Below are positions 1-11,067 of a stretch of DNA of 64,000 bases, one piece after another; position 1 is the stretch's first letter, and each line of letters begins with the position of its first letter. The notes under the pieces were generated by a model. That model was not told the DNA's origin. It made no database searches and saw nothing but the letters and a program-made list of their open reading frames with translations. Source of the stretch: Flectonema sp. DT1601. Taxonomy: Eukaryota. The translations under genes were made by a program, and so were the position numbers. The stretch is taken from positions 1,178,001 to 1,242,000 of the forward strand of contig OZ025784.1 of the NCBI GenBank assembly GCA_964019425.1. The letters are read 5' to 3'.

Positions 1-103
1 TGTCAGCTGGGCAGTCAATGAGGTTGCAAGGGTTTTCCTGCGACAGCGCACCCGCCACCAGCATCCCTCCTACCATCAATTTCTTCATGGACATGGACAT
101 CAT
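1..103 (-). CDS. CUB + Cys-repeat secreted protein, 5' fragment (truncated by window edge)
   Basis: Encodes MMSMSMKKLMVGGMLVAGALSQENPCNLIDCPAD, identical to the other array copies. Confidence 0.9.
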   Translation of the reverse strand, partial: MMSMSMKKLMVGGMLVAGALSQENPCNLIDCPAD

Positions 104-1626
104 TTCTTGTTTTTTTTTTTTTTCCTTTTTTTTTCTAATAATCTGGAGGGAGAGCAAAAGAGAAGATTAGTCTACCGTTTCCACTATGTCAACGTCCGCT
201 CACTCTTCAAAAACAACCTCATTCGAGTTCGCACACAACGCAATTCGAACCAACAAGTTGCAAAAAGAATGAAAAAAACAAAAAGAAAGAAAAAAACAAA
301 AAGAATGAAACAAAGAAAAAAAGAGGAAGGGAATCGACCGATCGCTTTCTAGCCAGCAGAGAAAATGAGCTGGGCAAAAAAAGGGAGGAAACCGAAGGGC
401 GCCTTCTTTTTTTTTTTTTTTTTTTTGTTGTTGTTTTTTTTATTCGGTAAAAAAAAGGTGTGTGCCCGCGCTTCCGGAAAACCGAACAACAACAACCTTC
501 CCACCAATGAATGATAATAGAAATCAAATATTATGAACGGGAGAAAGAAATTGAAAAAGAAAGGGAGAAAAAAAAAAACAAAAAAAAGAGAAAACACTCT
601 TAAAATTTAAAAAGAACCCCCAAAAAAAAAGAAGAAGAAACCCAATTTCGGCTTTCTAACTGTTTTTTTTTTTTTGGTTTTCCCTTTTGGCAAAACTCCC
701 TCGCACCCTCGCAAAGCAGATTTCGCGGGAAGGCTTCCCCGAATGTCTTTGTCGAAGCTGCAAGGGAGTGAAAGGACCAACATTTGCCGACGTGCGGCAA
801 GGGAATCCTTCGTAAAGTAATTATTATGGTTTTTCTATTTATTTCGTTTCTGTTCAGCAACGGCTGCCAAACAACAAACAAACAAACAAACAAAGCAAGA
901 GGGAGAGGGAGAGGAGAAAACAAAGCAGAGAAAAAACAGAGTGGCCGATGGGCTGTTGGGAAGAAGGGTGGCGAAAGAACACACACACATCCGCCAACAA
1001 CAACACCACCCGCCCCCCACTCTCTCTTTTTTCATTCCGTGCCTTGCTCCCAACCCCCCACCCCAAAAAGAAAAAAGAAAAGCGGGAACCAATCGGTCCC
1101 CCCCTTGTCTTTTTTAGCGCCCTGTGGGGCGTGTGATTTTTTTCAAAAAGAAAAAGAAGGGCAAAGCAAAAGAAAAAAGATTTTTTAAAACAAATAAAAA
1201 AAGCGCAGTAAAATGAAAGCACGTCGCGCCTCTCGTGTAGTTCGGTTCACGCAGCCTTTCTATTTTTCCCCGCGGGAGGAAAAAAGATTCCAGACAGCCG
1301 AAGCTGCCCGCTGCATGATGACGGGGAATAAACAAACACACACAGTAGACAGTAGACACACAAAAGAAAACTTTTCGACGGCGAAGGACGACGACGAGGA
1401 CGAGGACGAGGACGACGACGAGAAGGAAAAACGAATTGAAAACTCAGAAATTGAAAAAGCTGTGCGAATGGAAAGCAACAAAGGAGACAACAAAAAAGAA
1501 AGAAAAAAAACAGAGTCCGATTAGACTTTGCTTTCCCCAACTTACTAAATTATTGAAATTCACTCAAACAATATTTAAAAAGAGCGAAGAAACTACAAAA
1601 CGCAACCTACTACTAGGTAGGCCACT

Positions 1627-3054
1627 CTACTGCGACACACATGTCTCGAGCGAGTTGAAACCGATCTGGCCGTTACCTTGGCACACACTGCCGGTAGGGC
1701 ACTGTTCGCGCCTGTTGACCGGAGCACAAGATCCGCTCTCACAGAACTGGTAGCAAACATCTCCGACCGAGAGGACCGCCTGGCAGGTGCTCTCCGAGTT
1801 GAATCCAATCGCGCCGGTTGACTTGCACTCCGAACCTGACGGGCACTGCTCGCGCCTGCTCACAGGGACACAGTTGTTCCCTCCTTCGCAGAAGCGGTAG
1901 CAAACGTCTCCAACCGAAATCTCCTCCGAGCAGGTGTGGCGCGAGTTGAATCCGATGGAACCGTCTCCCTTGCACACCGTTCCCGTTGGGCACTGGTCAC
2001 GCTTGTTCACTGGTGCGCAGTCTCCGGCTTCACAGAACTGGTAGCAGACATCTCCGACAGCCAAGACTTCCTGCTGACAAGTGTGGTGCGAGTTGAATCC
2101 GATGGAACCGTCTCCCTTGCACACCGTTCCCGTTGGGCACTGGTCACGCTTGTTCACTGGTGCGCAGTTTCCGGCTTCACAGAACTGGTAGCAGACATCT
2201 CCGACAGCCAAGACTTCCTGCTGACAAGTGTGGTGCGAGTTGAATCCGATGGAACCGTCTCCCTTGCACACCGTTCCCGTTGGGCACTGGTCACGCTTGT
2301 TCACTGGTGCGCAGTCTCCGGCTTCACAGAACTGGTAGCAGACATCTCCGACTGAAAGTTCCTCCTCGTCCTCCTCCTCCTTCTTTGGTGCTACGCAGGT
2401 GTGGCGCGAGTTGAATCCGATGGAACCGTCTCCCTTGCACTCCGTTCCCGTTGGGCACTGGTCGCGCTTGTTCACCGGTGCGCAGTCTCCGGCCTCGCAG
2501 AACTGGTAGCAGACATCTCCGACCGAAAGAAGGGTTCCCTCACACGTCCAATCCAACTCGAACCCGGTCCTCTTCACACTGTAGTCGGAAGTGAAGTGCA
2601 CGAAGATTCCATCCTCACCCTCTACCACGGTGTTCGAAGGAACCTTGTTTCCCGAGTGCCACGACAACAGAGGTGACGCGACAGAGATCACCCCGCCGCT
2701 GACCGCGTGCGCGCTCACGAAGTCGTATCCGCTCTCCGTCTCGAAAGCCTTCCACTGCAACTCCGCACGCTTTCCCGGACACTTGAAGTAGAAGCACGCC
2801 TTCTCGTGGTTGCTGTACTTTCCGCTCCCCACCGGGTAGTCCAACGTTCCCGATGACGCCTCGAACACCTGCGCCGACCTGCACCCCGCCGGAAACGCGA
2901 ACTTCTTCGCAACACAGGTTGCCGCTCCCTTCTCAACCACGCACACGCTCTTGTCAGCTGGGCAGTCAATGAGGTTGCAAGGGTTTTCCTGCGACAGCGC
3001 ACCCGCCACCAGCATCCCTCCTACCATCAATTTCTTCATGGACATGGACATCAT
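1627..3054 (-). CDS. Secreted protein: signal peptide, small Cys module, CUB domain, 6 x ~49-aa six-Cys repeats (475 aa)
   Basis: Hydrophobic N-terminus; CUB motifs (SGTLDYP..Y.N...C, F.TE..YD.V, FTSD.S....GF...W); repeats xVGDVCYQFCEAGxCAPVNKRDQCPTGTVCKGDGSIGFNSxHTC. Start placed at the MMSMSM Met because the upstream extension is poly-A and is frameshifted in the last copy. Confidence 0.88.
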   Translation of the reverse strand: MMSMSMKKLMVGGMLVAGALSQENPCNLIDCPADKSVCVVEKGAATCVAKKFAFPAGCRSAQVFEASSGTLDYPVGSGKYSNHEKACFYFKCPGKRAELQWKAFETESGYDFVSAHAVSGGVISVASPLLSWHSGNKVPSNTVVEGEDGIFVHFTSDYSVKRTGFELDWTCEGTLLSVGDVCYQFCEAGDCAPVNKRDQCPTGTECKGDGSIGFNSRHTCVAPKKEEEDEEELSVGDVCYQFCEAGDCAPVNKRDQCPTGTVCKGDGSIGFNSHHTCQQEVLAVGDVCYQFCEAGNCAPVNKRDQCPTGTVCKGDGSIGFNSHHTCQQEVLAVGDVCYQFCEAGDCAPVNKRDQCPTGTVCKGDGSIGFNSRHTCSEEISVGDVCYRFCEGGNNCVPVSRREQCPSGSECKSTGAIGFNSESTCQAVLSVGDVCYQFCESGSCAPVNRREQCPTGSVCQGNGQIGFNSLETCVSQ

Positions 3055-4577
3055 TTCTTGTTTTTTTTTTTTTTCCTTTTTTTTTCTAATAATCTGGAGG
3101 GAGAGCAAAAGAGAAGATTAGTCTACCGTTTCCACTATGTCAACGTCCGCTCACTCTTCAAAAACAACCTCATTCGAGTTCGCACACAACGCAATTCGAA
3201 CCAACAAGTTGCAAAAAGAATGAAAAAAACAAAAAGAAAGAAAAAAACAAAAAGAATGAAACAAAGAAAAAAAGAGGAAGGGAATCGACCGATCGCTTTC
3301 TAGCCAGCAGAGAAAATGAGCTGGGCAAAAAAAGGGAGGAAACCGAAGGGCGCCTTCTTTTTTTTTTTTTTTTTTTTGTTGTTGTTTTTTTTATTCGGTA
3401 AAAAAAAGGTGTGTGCCCGCGCTTCCGGAAAACCGAACAACAACAACCTTCCCACCAATGAATGATAATAGAAATCAAATATTATGAACGGGAGAAAGAA
3501 ATTGAAAAAGAAAGGGAGAAAAAAAAAAACAAAAAAAAGAGAAAACACTCTTAAAATTTAAAAAGAACCCCCAAAAAAAAAGAAGAAGAAACCCAATTTC
3601 GGCTTTCTAACTGTTTTTTTTTTTTTGGTTTTCCCTTTTGGCAAAACTCCCTCGCACCCTCGCAAAGCAGATTTCGCGGGAAGGCTTCCCCGAATGTCTT
3701 TGTCGAAGCTGCAAGGGAGTGAAAGGACCAACATTTGCCGACGTGCGGCAAGGGAATCCTTCGTAAAGTAATTATTATGGTTTTTCTATTTATTTCGTTT
3801 CTGTTCAGCAACGGCTGCCAAACAACAAACAAACAAACAAACAAAGCAAGAGGGAGAGGGAGAGGAGAAAACAAAGCAGAGAAAAAACAGAGTGGCCGAT
3901 GGGCTGTTGGGAAGAAGGGTGGCGAAAGAACACACACACATCCGCCAACAACAACACCACCCGCCCCCCACTCTCTCTTTTTTCATTCCGTGCCTTGCTC
4001 CCAACCCCCCACCCCAAAAAGAAAAAAGAAAAGCGGGAACCAATCGGTCCCCCCCTTGTCTTTTTTAGCGCCCTGTGGGGCGTGTGATTTTTTTCAAAAA
4101 GAAAAAGAAGGGCAAAGCAAAAGAAAAAAGATTTTTTAAAACAAATAAAAAAAGCGCAGTAAAATGAAAGCACGTCGCGCCTCTCGTGTAGTTCGGTTCA
4201 CGCAGCCTTTCTATTTTTCCCCGCGGGAGGAAAAAAGATTCCAGACAGCCGAAGCTGCCCGCTGCATGATGACGGGGAATAAACAAACACACACAGTAGA
4301 CAGTAGACACACAAAAGAAAACTTTTCGACGGCGAAGGACGACGACGAGGACGAGGACGAGGACGACGACGAGAAGGAAAAACGAATTGAAAACTCAGAA
4401 ATTGAAAAAGCTGTGCGAATGGAAAGCAACAAAGGAGACAACAAAAAAGAAAGAAAAAAAACAGAGTCCGATTAGACTTTGCTTTCCCCAACTTACTAAA
4501 TTATTGAAATTCACTCAAACAATATTTAAAAAGAGCGAAGAAACTACAAAACGCAACCTACTACTAGGTAGGCCACT

Positions 4578-6152
4578 CTACTGCGACACACATGTCTCGA
4601 GCGAGTTGAAACCGATCTGGCCGTTACCTTGGCACACACTGCCGGTAGGGCACTGTTCGCGCCTGTTGACCGGAGCACAAGATCCGCTCTCACAGAACTG
4701 GTAGCAAACATCTCCGACCGAGAGGACCGCCTGGCAGGTGCTCTCCGAGTTGAATCCAATCGCGCCGGTTGACTTGCACTCCGAACCTGACGGGCACTGC
4801 TCGCGCCTGCTCACAGGGACACAGTTGTTCCCTCCTTCGCAGAAGCGGTAGCAAACGTCTCCAACCGAAATCTCCTCCGAGCAGGTGTGGCGCGAGTTGA
4901 ATCCGATGGAACCGTCTCCCTTGCACACCGTTCCCGTTGGGCACTGGTCACGCTTGTTCACTGGTGCGCAGTCTCCGGCTTCACAGAACTGGTAGCAGAC
5001 ATCTCCGACAGCCAAGACTTCCTGCTGACAAGTGTGGTGCGAGTTGAATCCGATGGAACCGTCTCCCTTGCACACCGTTCCCGTTGGGCACTGGTCACGC
5101 TTGTTCACTGGTGCGCAGTTTCCGGCTTCACAGAACTGGTAGCAGACATCTCCGACAGCCAAGACTTCCTGCTGACAAGTGTGGTGCGAGTTGAATCCGA
5201 TGGAACCGTCTCCCTTGCACACCGTTCCCGTTGGGCACTGGTCACGCTTGTTCACTGGTGCGCAGTTTCCGGCTTCACAGAACTGGTAGCAGACATCTCC
5301 GACAGCCAAGACTTCCTGCTGACAAGTGTGGTGCGAGTTGAATCCGATGGAACCGTCTCCCTTGCACACCGTTCCCGTTGGGCACTGGTCACGCTTGTTC
5401 ACTGGTGCGCAGTCTCCGGCTTCACAGAACTGGTAGCAGACATCTCCGACTGAAAGTTCCTCCTCGTCCTCCTCCTCCTTCTTTGGTGCTACGCAGGTGT
5501 GGCGCGAGTTGAATCCGATGGAACCGTCTCCCTTGCACTCCGTTCCCGTTGGGCACTGGTCGCGCTTGTTCACCGGTGCGCAGTCTCCGGCCTCGCAGAA
5601 CTGGTAGCAGACATCTCCGACCGAAAGAAGGGTTCCCTCACACGTCCAATCCAACTCGAACCCGGTCCTCTTCACACTGTAGTCGGAAGTGAAGTGCACG
5701 AAGATTCCATCCTCACCCTCTACCACGGTGTTCGAAGGAACCTTGTTTCCCGAGTGCCACGACAACAGAGGTGACGCGACAGAGATCACCCCGCCGCTGA
5801 CCGCGTGCGCGCTCACGAAGTCGTATCCGCTCTCCGTCTCGAAAGCCTTCCACTGCAACTCCGCACGCTTTCCCGGACACTTGAAGTAGAAGCACGCCTT
5901 CTCGTGGTTGCTGTACTTTCCGCTCCCCACCGGGTAGTCCAACGTTCCCGATGACGCCTCGAACACCTGCGCCGACCTGCACCCCGCCGGAAACGCGAAC
6001 TTCTTCGCAACACAGGTTGCCGCTCCCTTCTCAACCACGCACACGCTCTTGTCAGCTGGGCAGTCAATGAGGTTGCAAGGGTTTTCCTGCGACAGCGCAC
6101 CCGCCACCAGCATCCCTCCTACCATCAATTTCTTCATGGACATGGACATCAT
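4578..6152 (-). CDS. CUB + Cys-repeat secreted protein, 7 repeats (524 aa)
   Basis: As above, with one extra 147-bp EAGNC-type repeat. Confidence 0.88.
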   Translation of the reverse strand: MMSMSMKKLMVGGMLVAGALSQENPCNLIDCPADKSVCVVEKGAATCVAKKFAFPAGCRSAQVFEASSGTLDYPVGSGKYSNHEKACFYFKCPGKRAELQWKAFETESGYDFVSAHAVSGGVISVASPLLSWHSGNKVPSNTVVEGEDGIFVHFTSDYSVKRTGFELDWTCEGTLLSVGDVCYQFCEAGDCAPVNKRDQCPTGTECKGDGSIGFNSRHTCVAPKKEEEDEEELSVGDVCYQFCEAGDCAPVNKRDQCPTGTVCKGDGSIGFNSHHTCQQEVLAVGDVCYQFCEAGNCAPVNKRDQCPTGTVCKGDGSIGFNSHHTCQQEVLAVGDVCYQFCEAGNCAPVNKRDQCPTGTVCKGDGSIGFNSHHTCQQEVLAVGDVCYQFCEAGDCAPVNKRDQCPTGTVCKGDGSIGFNSRHTCSEEISVGDVCYRFCEGGNNCVPVSRREQCPSGSECKSTGAIGFNSESTCQAVLSVGDVCYQFCESGSCAPVNRREQCPTGSVCQGNGQIGFNSLETCVSQ

Positions 6153-7675
6153 TTCTTGTTTTTTTTTTTTTTCCTTTTTTTTTCTAATAATCTGGAGGGA
6201 GAGCAAAAGAGAAGATTAGTCTACCGTTTCCACTATGTCAACGTCCGCTCACTCTTCAAAAACAACCTCATTCGAGTTCGCACACAACGCAATTCGAACC
6301 AACAAGTTGCAAAAAGAATGAAAAAAACAAAAAGAAAGAAAAAAACAAAAAGAATGAAACAAAGAAAAAAAGAGGAAGGGAATCGACCGATCGCTTTCTA
6401 GCCAGCAGAGAAAATGAGCTGGGCAAAAAAAGGGAGGAAACCGAAGGGCGCCTTCTTTTTTTTTTTTTTTTTTTTGTTGTTGTTTTTTTTATTCGGTAAA
6501 AAAAAGGTGTGTGCCCGCGCTTCCGGAAAACCGAACAACAACAACCTTCCCACCAATGAATGATAATAGAAATCAAATATTATGAACGGGAGAAAGAAAT
6601 TGAAAAAGAAAGGGAGAAAAAAAAAAACAAAAAAAAGAGAAAACACTCTTAAAATTTAAAAAGAACCCCCAAAAAAAAAGAAGAAGAAACCCAATTTCGG
6701 CTTTCTAACTGTTTTTTTTTTTTTGGTTTTCCCTTTTGGCAAAACTCCCTCGCACCCTCGCAAAGCAGATTTCGCGGGAAGGCTTCCCCGAATGTCTTTG
6801 TCGAAGCTGCAAGGGAGTGAAAGGACCAACATTTGCCGACGTGCGGCAAGGGAATCCTTCGTAAAGTAATTATTATGGTTTTTCTATTTATTTCGTTTCT
6901 GTTCAGCAACGGCTGCCAAACAACAAACAAACAAACAAACAAAGCAAGAGGGAGAGGGAGAGGAGAAAACAAAGCAGAGAAAAAACAGAGTGGCCGATGG
7001 GCTGTTGGGAAGAAGGGTGGCGAAAGAACACACACACATCCGCCAACAACAACACCACCCGCCCCCCACTCTCTCTTTTTTCATTCCGTGCCTTGCTCCC
7101 AACCCCCCACCCCAAAAAGAAAAAAGAAAAGCGGGAACCAATCGGTCCCCCCCTTGTCTTTTTTAGCGCCCTGTGGGGCGTGTGATTTTTTTCAAAAAGA
7201 AAAAGAAGGGCAAAGCAAAAGAAAAAAGATTTTTTAAAACAAATAAAAAAAGCGCAGTAAAATGAAAGCACGTCGCGCCTCTCGTGTAGTTCGGTTCACG
7301 CAGCCTTTCTATTTTTCCCCGCGGGAGGAAAAAAGATTCCAGACAGCCGAAGCTGCCCGCTGCATGATGACGGGGAATAAACAAACACACACAGTAGACA
7401 GTAGACACACAAAAGAAAACTTTTCGACGGCGAAGGACGACGACGAGGACGAGGACGAGGACGACGACGAGAAGGAAAAACGAATTGAAAACTCAGAAAT
7501 TGAAAAAGCTGTGCGAATGGAAAGCAACAAAGGAGACAACAAAAAAGAAAGAAAAAAAACAGAGTCCGATTAGACTTTGCTTTCCCCAACTTACTAAATT
7601 ATTGAAATTCACTCAAACAATATTTAAAAAGAGCGAAGAAACTACAAAACGCAACCTACTACTAGGTAGGCCACT

Positions 7676-9544
7676 CTACTGCGACACACATGTCTCGAGC
7701 GAGTTGAAACCGATCTGGCCGTTACCTTGGCACACACTGCCGGTAGGGCACTGTTCGCGCCTGTTGACCGGAGCACAAGATCCGCTCTCACAGAACTGGT
7801 AGCAAACATCTCCGACCGAGAGGACCGCCTGGCAGGTGCTCTCCGAGTTGAATCCAATCGCGCCGGTTGACTTGCACTCCGAACCTGACGGGCACTGCTC
7901 GCGCCTGCTCACAGGGACACAGTTGTTCCCTCCTTCGCAGAAGCGGTAGCAAACGTCTCCAACCGAAATCTCCTCCGAGCAGGTGTGGCGCGAGTTGAAT
8001 CCGATGGAACCGTCTCCCTTGCACACCGTTCCCGTTGGGCACTGGTCACGCTTGTTCACTGGTGCGCAGTCTCCGGCTTCACAGAACTGGTAGCAGACAT
8101 CTCCGACAGCCAAGACTTCCTGCTGACAAGTGTGGTGCGAGTTGAATCCGATGGAACCGTCTCCCTTGCACACCGTTCCCGTTGGGCACTGGTCACGCTT
8201 GTTCACTGGTGCGCAGTTTCCGGCTTCACAGAACTGGTAGCAGACATCTCCGACAGCCAAGACTTCCTGCTGACAAGTGTGGTGCGAGTTGAATCCGATG
8301 GAACCGTCTCCCTTGCACACCGTTCCCGTTGGGCACTGGTCACGCTTGTTCACTGGTGCGCAGTTTCCGGCTTCACAGAACTGGTAGCAGACATCTCCGA
8401 CAGCCAAGACTTCCTGCTGACAAGTGTGGTGCGAGTTGAATCCGATGGAACCGTCTCCCTTGCACACCGTTCCCGTTGGGCACTGGTCACGCTTGTTCAC
8501 TGGTGCGCAGTTTCCGGCTTCACAGAACTGGTAGCAGACATCTCCGACAGCCAAGACTTCCTGCTGACAAGTGTGGTGCGAGTTGAATCCGATGGAACCG
8601 TCTCCCTTGCACACCGTTCCCGTTGGGCACTGGTCACGCTTGTTCACTGGTGCGCAGTTTCCGGCTTCACAGAACTGGTAGCAGACATCTCCGACAGCCA
8701 AGACTTCCTGCTGACAAGTGTGGTGCGAGTTGAATCCGATGGAACCGTCTCCCTTGCACACCGTTCCCGTTGGGCACTGGTCACGCTTGTTCACTGGTGC
8801 GCAGTCTCCGGCTTCACAGAACTGGTAGCAGACATCTCCGACTGAAAGTTCCTCCTCGTCCTCCTCCTCCTTCTTTGGTGCTACGCAGGTGTGGCGCGAG
8901 TTGAATCCGATGGAACCGTCTCCCTTGCACTCCGTTCCCGTTGGGCACTGGTCGCGCTTGTTCACCGGTGCGCAGTCTCCGGCCTCGCAGAACTGGTAGC
9001 AGACATCTCCGACCGAAAGAAGGGTTCCCTCACACGTCCAATCCAACTCGAACCCGGTCCTCTTCACACTGTAGTCGGAAGTGAAGTGCACGAAGATTCC
9101 ATCCTCACCCTCTACCACGGTGTTCGAAGGAACCTTGTTTCCCGAGTGCCACGACAACAGAGGTGACGCGACAGAGATCACCCCGCCGCTGACCGCGTGC
9201 GCGCTCACGAAGTCGTATCCGCTCTCCGTCTCGAAAGCCTTCCACTGCAACTCCGCACGCTTTCCCGGACACTTGAAGTAGAAGCACGCCTTCTCGTGGT
9301 TGCTGTACTTTCCGCTCCCCACCGGGTAGTCCAACGTTCCCGATGACGCCTCGAACACCTGCGCCGACCTGCACCCTGCCGGAAACGCGAACTTCTTCGC
9401 AACACAGGTTGCCGCTCCCTTCTCAACCACGCACACGCTCTTGTCAGCTGGGCAGTCAATGAGGTTGCAAGGGTTTTCCTGCGACAGCGCACCCGCCACC
9501 AGCATCCCTCCTACCATCAATTTCTTCATGGACATGGACATCAT
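7676..9544 (-). CDS. CUB + Cys-repeat secreted protein, 9 repeats (622 aa)
   Basis: As above, with three extra 147-bp repeats and one silent SNP near 9376. Confidence 0.88.
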   Translation of the reverse strand: MMSMSMKKLMVGGMLVAGALSQENPCNLIDCPADKSVCVVEKGAATCVAKKFAFPAGCRSAQVFEASSGTLDYPVGSGKYSNHEKACFYFKCPGKRAELQWKAFETESGYDFVSAHAVSGGVISVASPLLSWHSGNKVPSNTVVEGEDGIFVHFTSDYSVKRTGFELDWTCEGTLLSVGDVCYQFCEAGDCAPVNKRDQCPTGTECKGDGSIGFNSRHTCVAPKKEEEDEEELSVGDVCYQFCEAGDCAPVNKRDQCPTGTVCKGDGSIGFNSHHTCQQEVLAVGDVCYQFCEAGNCAPVNKRDQCPTGTVCKGDGSIGFNSHHTCQQEVLAVGDVCYQFCEAGNCAPVNKRDQCPTGTVCKGDGSIGFNSHHTCQQEVLAVGDVCYQFCEAGNCAPVNKRDQCPTGTVCKGDGSIGFNSHHTCQQEVLAVGDVCYQFCEAGNCAPVNKRDQCPTGTVCKGDGSIGFNSHHTCQQEVLAVGDVCYQFCEAGDCAPVNKRDQCPTGTVCKGDGSIGFNSRHTCSEEISVGDVCYRFCEGGNNCVPVSRREQCPSGSECKSTGAIGFNSESTCQAVLSVGDVCYQFCESGSCAPVNRREQCPTGSVCQGNGQIGFNSLETCVSQ

Positions 9545-11067
9545 TTCTTGTTTTTTTTTTTTTTCCTTTTTTTTTCTAATAATCTGGAGGGAGAGCAAAA
9601 GAGAAGATTAGTCTACCGTTTCCACTATGTCAACGTCCGCTCACTCTTCAAAAACAACCTCATTCGAGTTCGCACACAACGCAATTCGAACCAACAAGTT
9701 GCAAAAAGAATGAAAAAAACAAAAAGAAAGAAAAAAACAAAAAGAATGAAACAAAGAAAAAAAGAGGAAGGGAATCGACCGATCGCTTTCTAGCCAGCAG
9801 AGAAAATGAGCTGGGCAAAAAAAGGGAGGAAACCGAAGGGCGCCTTCTTTTTTTTTTTTTTTTTTTTGTTGTTGTTTTTTTTATTCGGTAAAAAAAAGGT
9901 GTGTGCCCGCGCTTCCGGAAAACCGAACAACAACAACCTTCCCACCAATGAATGATAATAGAAATCAAATATTATGAACGGGAGAAAGAAATTGAAAAAG
10001 AAAGGGAGAAAAAAAAAAACAAAAAAAAGAGAAAACACTCTTAAAATTTAAAAAGAACCCCCAAAAAAAAAGAAGAAGAAACCCAATTTCGGCTTTCTAA
10101 CTGTTTTTTTTTTTTTGGTTTTCCCTTTTGGCAAAACTCCCTCGCACCCTCGCAAAGCAGATTTCGCGGGAAGGCTTCCCCGAATGTCTTTGTCGAAGCT
10201 GCAAGGGAGTGAAAGGACCAACATTTGCCGACGTGCGGCAAGGGAATCCTTCGTAAAGTAATTATTATGGTTTTTCTATTTATTTCGTTTCTGTTCAGCA
10301 ACGGCTGCCAAACAACAAACAAACAAACAAACAAAGCAAGAGGGAGAGGGAGAGGAGAAAACAAAGCAGAGAAAAAACAGAGTGGCCGATGGGCTGTTGG
10401 GAAGAAGGGTGGCGAAAGAACACACACACATCCGCCAACAACAACACCACCCGCCCCCCACTCTCTCTTTTTTCATTCCGTGCCTTGCTCCCAACCCCCC
10501 ACCCCAAAAAGAAAAAAGAAAAGCGGGAACCAATCGGTCCCCCCCTTGTCTTTTTTAGCGCCCTGTGGGGCGTGTGATTTTTTTCAAAAAGAAAAAGAAG
10601 GGCAAAGCAAAAGAAAAAAGATTTTTTAAAACAAATAAAAAAAGCGCAGTAAAATGAAAGCACGTCGCGCCTCTCGTGTAGTTCGGTTCACGCAGCCTTT
10701 CTATTTTTCCCCGCGGGAGGAAAAAAGATTCCAGACAGCCGAAGCTGCCCGCTGCATGATGACGGGGAATAAACAAACACACACAGTAGACAGTAGACAC
10801 ACAAAAGAAAACTTTTCGACGGCGAAGGACGACGACGAGGACGAGGACGAGGACGACGACGAGAAGGAAAAACGAATTGAAAACTCAGAAATTGAAAAAG
10901 CTGTGCGAATGGAAAGCAACAAAGGAGACAACAAAAAAGAAAGAAAAAAAACAGAGTCCGATTAGACTTTGCTTTCCCCAACTTACTAAATTATTGAAAT
11001 TCACTCAAACAATATTTAAAAAGAGCGAAGAAACTACAAAACGCAACCTACTACTAGGTAGGCCACT

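Noticed and set aside
107..1626. Many overlapping 60-135 aa ORFs in the array spacer (and their copies), including the D/E-rich ORF at 1213-1524
   Set aside because: Products of poly-A/T runs and a GAC/GAG microsatellite; low-complexity K/F-rich translations.
1936..2676. Plus-strand repeated ORFs (MARVESDGTV...)
   Set aside because: Antisense shadows of the GC-rich Cys-repeat CDS with non-ATG starts.
3055..3108. N-terminal extension MLSLQIIRKKKEKKKKQE
   Set aside because: TTG start spanning the putative acceptor AG and a poly-A 5' UTR; lost by a 1-nt change in the last copy.
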